From assembly GCA_947589455.1 (NCBI GenBank), contig CANQCD010000001.1, positions 1 to 56,332 of the forward strand: a stretch of DNA of 56,332 nucleotides. Reading direction: 5' to 3'. Origin of the DNA: an uncultured Lachnospiraceae bacterium (lineage in GTDB: Bacteria > Bacillota > Clostridia > Lachnospirales > Lachnospiraceae). Under the pieces are notes generated by a model. That model worked only from the letters and a program-made list of their open reading frames with translations, made no database searches and was not told where the DNA came from. Positions 49,631 through 56,332 of this stretch are shown here, one piece after another (positions within the stretch are counted from its first letter, which is position 1; each line of letters opens with the position of its first letter). Made by a program: the position numbers and the translations under genes.

Positions 49631-49677
49631 AAAAAGAGCCCTGCCTTCTGTTTACAAAACAGAGGGCAGGGCTCTTT
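49631..49677. terminator. Terminator hairpin after tkt
   Basis: aaagagccctgccttctgttt...aaacagagggcagggctcttt. Confidence 0.8.
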
Positions 49678-50066
49678 GCCATAGGGGGATTTAGGCGACC
49701 TGCCTGTGATAGGGAGATGTCCTGGTAAAACGAAAGAGGATTTTTGGAAAAAAAACAGGACATACCTGTGTTACACTTTATTGCGAGGCAGACAGTGTCC
49801 TGCAGATTATGGGAGTTTTATCACAATGTGACAATTCCTTAAAATCATGTGCGATAGAAAGGAGGCAAGAGGTAACATCCCCTTTTGAAAGGGCTTTAGC
49901 AGAATGTGGACACTTGGCTGCAGGAATTTTGGGTTATCTTGTGCTGGGCGTCACAAATAGCGAAGCTGCGCATCGCTTTTGTGGCAAGATGAGAAATCGT
50001 ATTTACGAATTTTTTATCCTTGCTTCCGCAAGGAGGTATCGCCGCCGCACAAAAAATGTAAAGCAA

Positions 50067-50318
50067 ATCACATGTGCAGAGCGAATCACATATGCAGAGC
50101 GAATTGTATACGCAGAGCGAATTACATGTGCAAAGCGAATTGTATACGCAAAGCGAATTGCATACGCAGAGCGAATTGCATATGCAAAGCGAATTGTATA
50201 CGCAGAGCGAATTGTATACGCAAAGCGAATTGTATATGCAAAGCGAATTGCATATGCAAAGCGAATTGCATACGCAGAGTAAATTACATATGCAGAGCGA
50301 ACTGCATACGCAGAGCCA
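50067..50318. repeat. Intergenic tandem array of 14 x 18-bp units (consensus attgcatatgcaragcga)
   Basis: Direct reading; exact 18-bp period with no spacers. Confidence 0.95.
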
Positions 50319-50375
50319 ATGATATTCGCTTGGAATAAGAGATTAAAATGAAATAGTAGGAGATGAGAAAAGGAT

Positions 50376-51308
50376 ATGAAACGATTGAAGAAAAAAGTTA
50401 TTGCAATGCTTTTAGTATGCTCCATGAGTATTACTGCGACAGGCATTTATACAAAACAGGCAGAAGCAGGACTGCTTACATGGCTGGCAAAGAAAGCGGT
50501 CAAATCAAAAGTTTCCCGCACGATTGCCAGTAAAGTTGTGACAACAGCAAAAAACGCATATAAAAATAAACAAAATTCATTTAGAGTCAGTACAAAATCT
50601 CGGTCAATCCACGTGAAAAAGACTGTAAAATTAAAACCGTTTTTGTGTTATGGCAATACAATCACGTGGAAATCTTCTAACAAGAAAATTGCTACTGTCT
50701 CTTCCGACGGCGTGGTAAAAGGGCAGGGCGTCGGGGTGGCAGTCATTACTGCAGTGCCAAGTATCAGCAAACTGGTCTCTAAGATTAAGATTACAGTGAA
50801 GGGATATCCTACGCTTTACCGCACGAAGAGTATGACAGAAGGAAAAACAAAGTTATATTATATTGATACTGCGGTCAAGGTGACGTCAAGCAAACCTTCT
50901 TGCGTAAAGGCTTCCCTGCCGTATGAGGGCAGTGTTAAATTAGTCGCTAAATCTGCAGGTAAGTGTAAGATTACGATAGTAAAATCAAATACCCAGGTTG
51001 TGGTTATCACGGTAAAAGTCAAGAAGAAACCAGAGAAGCCAAAGCCGACAAAAACACCGAAGCCGACAAAAACACCGAAGCCGACAAAAACACCAAAACC
51101 AACGGAAACACCAGAGTCAACAGAGACGCCGGAACCAACGAAAACGCCAAAACCAACAGAAACACCAGGATCAACGGAAACACCGGCGCCATTGACAACG
51201 CTGGAGCCGACGGAAACGCCAGAGCCGACGGAAACGTCAGAATCGACGGAAACGTCAGAGCCGATGGATACAGCGCAGCCAACTGACGCGGACACAGCTG
51301 ATTCCTAA
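50376..51308 (+). CDS. Secreted Ig-like (Big_2) domain protein with a Pro/Thr-rich C-terminal stalk
   Basis: Signal peptide ending AEA; TWKSSNKKIATVSSDGVVKG..G.AVITA; second Ig-like unit TSSKPS..AGKCKITI; KPTKTP/EPTETP repeats. Confidence 0.82.
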   Translation: MKRLKKKVIAMLLVCSMSITATGIYTKQAEAGLLTWLAKKAVKSKVSRTIASKVVTTAKNAYKNKQNSFRVSTKSRSIHVKKTVKLKPFLCYGNTITWKSSNKKIATVSSDGVVKGQGVGVAVITAVPSISKLVSKIKITVKGYPTLYRTKSMTEGKTKLYYIDTAVKVTSSKPSCVKASLPYEGSVKLVAKSAGKCKITIVKSNTQVVVITVKVKKKPEKPKPTKTPKPTKTPKPTKTPKPTETPESTETPEPTKTPKPTETPGSTETPAPLTTLEPTETPEPTETSESTETSEPMDTAQPTDADTADS

Positions 51309-51389
51309 AGACGTCAGCGAGTAGTTAATTTGCAAATGATCCCGGCCTGCTATTGCAGGAGAATGGGTGGAAGATGCAGAGATTACAGA

Positions 51390-51425
51390 AGGCAGGAGCA
51401 GGCAACAACGCTCCTGCCTGTTTTT
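51390..51425 (+). terminator. Terminator
   Basis: aggcaggagc...gctcctgcct followed by a T tract. Confidence 0.7.
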
Positions 51426-51579
51426 GTCAATTCGCAAGAATGTGCGAAGCACACTTTGCTCTTTTGCCGACTTGCAAAAAGCGAGGTGAAAAGTCTATTA
51501 TTGTTCTGGTAATACGGCAGAAACTGTGATAAGATATACAGGTATATCCAGAATATGGTTTTCAAGAAGGAGGAAGGGT

Positions 51580-52080
51580 ATGTTTGACCGGCTGACAAGA
51601 AAAGATATTGAAAAGATGGAAGAAGAGATAGAACACCGTAAGCTGGTTGTCCGAAGGCAGGCGCTGGAGGATGTGAAGGAAGCGAGGGCGCACGGCGATC
51701 TGAGTGAAAACTTTGAGTACAAGGCGGCGAAGAAGTTTAAGAACGAAAATGAGAGCAGAATCCGGTATCTGGAAAAAATGATCAAGACAGCGCAAATCGT
51801 GGAGGATGAGTCGGCAGAGGGAGAAGTGGGGTTAAATGATACCGTCCTTTTATATCTGGAGGAAGAGGAATGTGAGGAGGAGTATAAGATCGTTACGACG
51901 ATCCGCTGCAATGCCCTGGAAAACAAAATCAGTATCGAATCTCCGCTGGGAAGCGCCATGATGGGACGCAGGCCGGGAGACCGCATTTATATTAATGTGG
52001 ACGGAGAAAACGGGTATTATGCGCAGATCCGGGAAGTGAAAAAAAGTGATGATGAATCAGAGCAGATCAGCGGATATTAA
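51580..52080 (+). CDS. greA: Transcription elongation factor GreA family
   Basis: EARAHGDLSENFEYKAAK, RIRYLE, ISIESPLGSAMMG. Confidence 0.9.
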   Translation: MFDRLTRKDIEKMEEEIEHRKLVVRRQALEDVKEARAHGDLSENFEYKAAKKFKNENESRIRYLEKMIKTAQIVEDESAEGEVGLNDTVLLYLEEEECEEEYKIVTTIRCNALENKISIESPLGSAMMGRRPGDRIYINVDGENGYYAQIREVKKSDDESEQISGY

Positions 52081-52135
52081 GCGTATAAGTTCAGCAGAGC
52101 CAATCCATTAAAAAACAAAGGAATGAGGTAATGGT

Positions 52136-52612
52136 ATGGAATATCAAAAGTTAAGTAAAAAAGCATTTGGATGTATGTTTGTCAGCGAGATATTGCTGGC
52201 ATTGCTCACAACGGTTATATTCAGCATAATATGGATTTTTTTTAAGGAGGTGGGGACGCCGTTTCCTATTACTATGATCTATGGGATTTTGCTGGCCGTT
52301 GTCTGGTGCGGCAGTATTTTGGCGCCGTTTGTGCGTTATCAGAGGTATCGCTACCGTTTTTCAGAAGAGGATATTGATGTCAGGGAGGGCGTTTTGTTTA
52401 TCCACCGGGATATTGTGCCGATTGAGCGCCTGCACAAGGTGGCGTTGGAAAGCGGTCCGGTGGACAGGATCTTTGGCTTGTCTAAAGTGATCGTTACGAC
52501 AGCTGGCGGCGATGTGACAATCCGTTTTCTGGAGCTTTCTGTGGCAGAGCAGATTGTCAGCCGTCTGAAGACGAGGATCAATCAATATGCAGTGGAGAAA
52601 AGAGAGGGCTGA
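52136..52612 (+). CDS. YdbS-like membrane protein with a bacterial PH domain
   Basis: Two TM helices, then YRYRF..REGVLF..VPIERLHKV..GPVDRIFGL..TTAGG. Confidence 0.85.
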   Translation: MEYQKLSKKAFGCMFVSEILLALLTTVIFSIIWIFFKEVGTPFPITMIYGILLAVVWCGSILAPFVRYQRYRYRFSEEDIDVREGVLFIHRDIVPIERLHKVALESGPVDRIFGLSKVIVTTAGGDVTIRFLELSVAEQIVSRLKTRINQYAVEKREG

Positions 52613-52614
52613 AA

Positions 52615-54435
52615 ATGGATGTGAAGAGAGATGGCTTCCGGCTGCGAAATCATTTTTCCTATGTGATTGAGCAGATGTGGGGAGCGCTTGTTGTATTGTT
52701 TTTTCTTATGCTGGGCAATACAGAGACGATCGAACTGGGAAAAGAGATGATACGGGAGGGAAATATCTTTTTGGGGCTTCTGATAGCGGGAGGGGCTTTC
52801 CTGCTGCTCCTTTTTATCTGCCTGTGGCACATTCTGCGTTGGTATAAAACGACGATCACAATACAGGACGGCGCTGTTATTTATGAGCGACGGACATGGA
52901 ACCGCAGGGTGAATCATATTGCAGTGGTAAATATCTCAAATATCAATTTGGAGCAGAATCTTTTTGAGAGGATTGTGGGAACCTGTAAAGTGAAATTAGA
53001 TACCAGCAGCCTGTCGACAGCAAACAAAACAGATTTACAGATCGTGTTAAAAAAGCGGGACGCCGAGTGGATGAAACGGACGCTTGTGCAGATGATACAG
53101 GAGGTTTCCGATGAAAAAAATGCAGCGGTGGTTCCGGGAGCCGGTGCGCAGGCAGGGAGCGGAATGACAGCAGTTCCGGGAGCCGGTGCACAGGAAGGGA
53201 GCGGAATGACAGCAGTTCCGGGAGCCGGTGCACAGGAAGGGAGCGGAATGACAGCGGTTCCGGGAGCCGGTGCACAGGAAGGGAGCGGAATGACAGCGGT
53301 TCCGGGAGTTGGTGCACAGGAAGGGAGCGGAATGACAGTGGTTCCGGGAGTTAGCGTACAGGCAGAAAGCGGAATGACACATGGGATGGAAATGCCTGAT
53401 AACCGCATCGGTTTAAATCCTGCATTGGAAAATCATCTTTCTCTGGATGATGACAATATGGAATTTGATATTCAGTATTCTGCTTTTGAGATTATAAGGA
53501 ATACCTTTCTGAGCACATCGATATTGAGCTGGCTGGTCATCATCGGAGGTATTATTTTTTGTTCCATCGGCGATATAACTCTCTTTTTGGGAGAGGAAGC
53601 GGCAGATCTCGGGGCAGTGCTCGGCGCGTGGCTTGTTTGGATCCTCCTTATTAGCTCTTTTGCCTGGGAGATAGTAAAGCGCGCCCTGGCAGATTTTCGA
53701 TTCCGTGCGAGAAGGGACACAGATAAGATCTACGTGAGCTGCGGTCTCTTAAAAAAGAAAAAATATACAGTACCCGTCAATAAAATCAATGCCGTAACGC
53801 TGCATTATACGCTTTTGGGGCGATTGTTCCGGAAGGCGTCGATCAAGGTGATCAATATCGGCGGCGAGGGAGAAGACGTGGATGGGATGAAATTTCTTTT
53901 GTCTGATTCCTATTCGGAATTGACAAGAAAAATGAAAATTCTCCTGCCGGAATATCAGCTTCCTGAACTCAAAAGATTAAAACGGCCTCCTTTCAAAAGT
54001 TTTTTGTTATCCTGCGCTGTCAGTCTTTTGATCGGGGGATGTTTTCTGCTTGTCCTGCAGGCGGGCATAGGGCTGCTGCCTGGTGTGATGACAGCAGAAG
54101 AACAGGGACAGGCAATGCAGTGGGCATATCTTTGCGCGGGCGCGGTGATCTTTATCAAGGTTTGCCTGAGCTTTCTGTCATACCGCGCTGCAGGGATTTA
54201 TCACGGAGAACAGATGGTTTTATCGAGAGGGATATTTTCCCGCGTAGTGTTGTCGATTCCGTATGAGAGGATCCAGTATGTCCATACAGAACAGAGTCCG
54301 CTTCAGAAGCTGCTGCACTTAAACAGGGGGTATATAAAAATACTTGCAAGTGCATTTAGCAATGAACAAATGATCGGTGTATTTGAGGAAGAACAATATT
54401 CTGTACTGGCAGAAAAGCTGAGACAGACTTATTAA
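52615..54435 (+). CDS. YdbT-like membrane protein with bacterial PH domains and a repeat insert
   Basis: Three TM-pair + bPH_2 modules (EQNLFERIVG, GLLKKK..VPVNKI, SRGIF..IPYERIQ..QSPLQK); follows the ydbS-like gene. Confidence 0.82.
   Translation: MDVKRDGFRLRNHFSYVIEQMWGALVVLFFLMLGNTETIELGKEMIREGNIFLGLLIAGGAFLLLLFICLWHILRWYKTTITIQDGAVIYERRTWNRRVNHIAVVNISNINLEQNLFERIVGTCKVKLDTSSLSTANKTDLQIVLKKRDAEWMKRTLVQMIQEVSDEKNAAVVPGAGAQAGSGMTAVPGAGAQEGSGMTAVPGAGAQEGSGMTAVPGAGAQEGSGMTAVPGVGAQEGSGMTVVPGVSVQAESGMTHGMEMPDNRIGLNPALENHLSLDDDNMEFDIQYSAFEIIRNTFLSTSILSWLVIIGGIIFCSIGDITLFLGEEAADLGAVLGAWLVWILLISSFAWEIVKRALADFRFRARRDTDKIYVSCGLLKKKKYTVPVNKINAVTLHYTLLGRLFRKASIKVINIGGEGEDVDGMKFLLSDSYSELTRKMKILLPEYQLPELKRLKRPPFKSFLLSCAVSLLIGGCFLLVLQAGIGLLPGVMTAEEQGQAMQWAYLCAGAVIFIKVCLSFLSYRAAGIYHGEQMVLSRGIFSRVVLSIPYERIQYVHTEQSPLQKLLHLNRGYIKILASAFSNEQMIGVFEEEQYSVLAEKLRQTY
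53125..53379 (+). repeat. In-frame 42-bp tandem repeat (6 copies, AVPGAGAQEGSGMT)
   Basis: Direct reading. Confidence 0.92.
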
Positions 54436-54447
54436 GAGAGGGACATT

Positions 54448-54984
54448 ATGTATATTACGACATATAGCAAGATACATTTTACGCCGTTAGAGCCAAAGCA
54501 GGAGGAAATCCTCGTGGAGGACATCGCACATGCCCAATCTCTGATGACCAGAGCCAACGGGCATTTTCCGGAATTTTATTCTGTGGCGCAGCACAGCCTG
54601 GCCTGCGGGAAAGAAGCGGAGGCGAGAGGATATTCTGACAGGCTGGTGCTTGCCTGCCTGGTGCATGACGGAAGCGAGGCTTATTTATCAGATATCACAA
54701 GACCGGTAAAAAGTGTATTAAAGGGTTATCGGAAGGCAGAAAAGATATTGCAGGATGCAATATACTGCCGCTTTCTGGGAAGCGTGCTGACAGAGGAGGA
54801 AAACCTGGCGGTCAAGCGCGTTGACGACGCCTGCCTGTATTATGAATTTTTGCATTATATGGGAGAAAAACTGATGTCGGAAGCGCCGGAAAAATATAGC
54901 GATATGATATTTGAGACAAGAGATTTTAAAACAGTGGAAAGGGAACTTGCAGAACAGATTGTTAAATACTGGCAAAAGATTTAA
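54448..54984 (+). CDS. HD-domain phosphohydrolase (YfbR/YfdR-like 5'-deoxynucleotidase)
   Basis: EDIAHA.S...R.NGH...YSVAQHS...LVHDGSEAYLSDI.RPVK. Confidence 0.85.
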   Translation: MYITTYSKIHFTPLEPKQEEILVEDIAHAQSLMTRANGHFPEFYSVAQHSLACGKEAEARGYSDRLVLACLVHDGSEAYLSDITRPVKSVLKGYRKAEKILQDAIYCRFLGSVLTEEENLAVKRVDDACLYYEFLHYMGEKLMSEAPEKYSDMIFETRDFKTVERELAEQIVKYWQKI

Positions 54985-55010
54985 CAGAGGACTGCAGTTA
55001 GGAGGTTAGC

Positions 55011-56249
55011 TTGAAAAAAGCTTTGCTGGTAACCAGGGTGAGCGGATTTATCCCGCAGCATGAGATGAATAATGTGAAAATTTTGCAGGAGATGGGATAC
55101 GAAGTGCATTATGCCACAAATCTGAAGACCGTAGTATATGGAAAAGATAATAAAAGGCTGGAAGGAACTGGGATCATCACGCATCAGATTGATTTTTGCC
55201 GTTCTGTTAAATACCGGGAGATAAAAAAAGCGTATCATCAGCTCGCAGAACTGATCGAGGAACAGGAATTTGCCCTGATACACTGCCATATGCCGGTAAG
55301 CGGCGTGCTGACCAGGCTGGCGGCAGAAAAGGCGCGCCGCCGCGCCAGACATAAGGGGGACGAAGATCAGGGCAAAGGGCAGGCAAAACGGACGCCAGTC
55401 CTCTATACGGCGCATGGCTTTCATTTTTGTAAAGGCGTGCCGCTTAAAAACTGGCTGTATTATCCTGTGGAGCGGCATATGGCGCGTTATACAGACAGGC
55501 TGGTGACGATCAATGATGAGGATTATATGCGGGCGCAGAAATTTCCTGTCCGTGGGAAAGCAGTTAAGACGAGCGGCGTGGGAGTCCGTTTAGAACGGTT
55601 TGCGCCCTGGCAGAAAAAAACATGGGCGGTGGAGCGCGGGGCGGGGGATGAAGACGTCCGCAAACGCTATGGAATCCCTGAAAATGCCAGGATCATGGTA
55701 AGCGTCGGGGAACTGGCGCCGGGAAAAAATAATATAACGGCGGTGGAAGCGCTTGCAGAGCTGCGCGATCTCAATCTGTTTTATCTGGTCTGCGGAGAAG
55801 GATCGATGGAAGAAACTCTGCGCAGGCGGGCGGAAGAACTGGGAATAGAGCGGCATGTCATTTTTGCAGGCTATGTAGATAATACCCCGGAGGTTTTACA
55901 ACAATGCGACTGCTTTGTATTTCCATCCGTAAGAGAGGGACTGCCGGTAGCGGTGATGGAAGCCATGGCTGTCGGGCTGCCGATCGTTGCTTCCGATATA
56001 CGCGGCATCCGGGATTTGATTACACATGCAAAAGGCGGTTATCTGGCACAGGGCTTTTCTCCAGAGGAGTATGCGGTCAAGATCAGGAGACTGTTTACAG
56101 AAAAAGATGGAAAAAGCGCGGTGCCAAGAGAAATTCGCAGGAAGCAGATGGGGCTTTGGAACAGGGAACGGGTAAAAAAATTTTCCCTGGAGGTTGTAGA
56201 CGCGCAGATGCGGGCGATTTATCAGGAAGTGGAACGCGAGTTTTTGTGA
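55011..56249 (+). CDS. GT4 family glycosyltransferase
   Basis: IHCHMP, YTAHGFHF, VGEL..GKN, FVFPSVREGLPVAVMEAMAVGLP, SDIRG; TTG start behind AGGAGG. Confidence 0.92.
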   Translation: MKKALLVTRVSGFIPQHEMNNVKILQEMGYEVHYATNLKTVVYGKDNKRLEGTGIITHQIDFCRSVKYREIKKAYHQLAELIEEQEFALIHCHMPVSGVLTRLAAEKARRRARHKGDEDQGKGQAKRTPVLYTAHGFHFCKGVPLKNWLYYPVERHMARYTDRLVTINDEDYMRAQKFPVRGKAVKTSGVGVRLERFAPWQKKTWAVERGAGDEDVRKRYGIPENARIMVSVGELAPGKNNITAVEALAELRDLNLFYLVCGEGSMEETLRRRAEELGIERHVIFAGYVDNTPEVLQQCDCFVFPSVREGLPVAVMEAMAVGLPIVASDIRGIRDLITHAKGGYLAQGFSPEEYAVKIRRLFTEKDGKSAVPREIRRKQMGLWNRERVKKFSLEVVDAQMRAIYQEVEREFL

Positions 56250-56332
56250 TAAACAGGATAGATAATATGAAGTGACCTCGCATTTGTAGGTTCGTGGATT
56301 TACCTGTATACTAAAGTTTGTAACGAACAATG

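Noticed and set aside
49941-49965. Third copy of the shared leader family (gcgtcacaaat shared with ~4596-4606)
   Set aside because: Only an 11-nt exact match with weak flanking similarity; cannot be distinguished from chance by eye
50067-50318. CRISPR or TIGR-like guide array
   Set aside because: Units are contiguous with no unique spacers, and no cas or Nop-domain gene is in the window
49809-50446. ORFs 49809-50282, 49979-50338, 50074-50322 and 50003-50446
   Set aside because: Open only because the 18-bp unit mostly lacks stops in several frames; no convincing RBS or domain

Overview
A 56.3-kb chromosomal window from a spore-forming Clostridia bacterium, most likely Lachnospiraceae, judged from gene content and order. 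It carries a core block (rpmB, asp23-like, fakA/DAK2, recG, SpoVK-like AAA, rsmD, coaD, zapA, U32, ftsW, PBP, NUDIX, cheY, hpf). It also has an acyl-CoA dehydratase activator fusion, a two-domain GT-C/PMT glycosyltransferase and sporulation genes (LysM, DUF2953, gerW/ytfJ). Further on are a PocR-MCP sensor with a divergent MIP channel, nadBC, a pentose/fucose cluster (GH5, GH43, xylB, XylA-II-like isomerase, fucI, tal/fsa, split tkt), greA, ydbS/T-like genes, an HD hydrolase and a GT4. I saw no rRNA, tRNA, CRISPR, transposase, integrase or reverse transcriptase. The most striking unexplained signals are non-coding. (1) A ~65-95 bp dispersed element has 7 copies at 5 loci; each starts right after the T-tract of a terminator-like hairpin, and most end in their own hairpin. 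(2) A 43-nt leader is shared by two unrelated genes 30 kb apart. (3) A DnaA-box cluster lies away from any dnaA gene. (4) A 14 x 18-bp palindromic-core array is present. (5) Gene 3' ends are repeatedly duplicated, and several genes carry in-frame repeat expansions or small deletions. All calls come from reading the sequence; no searches were run.
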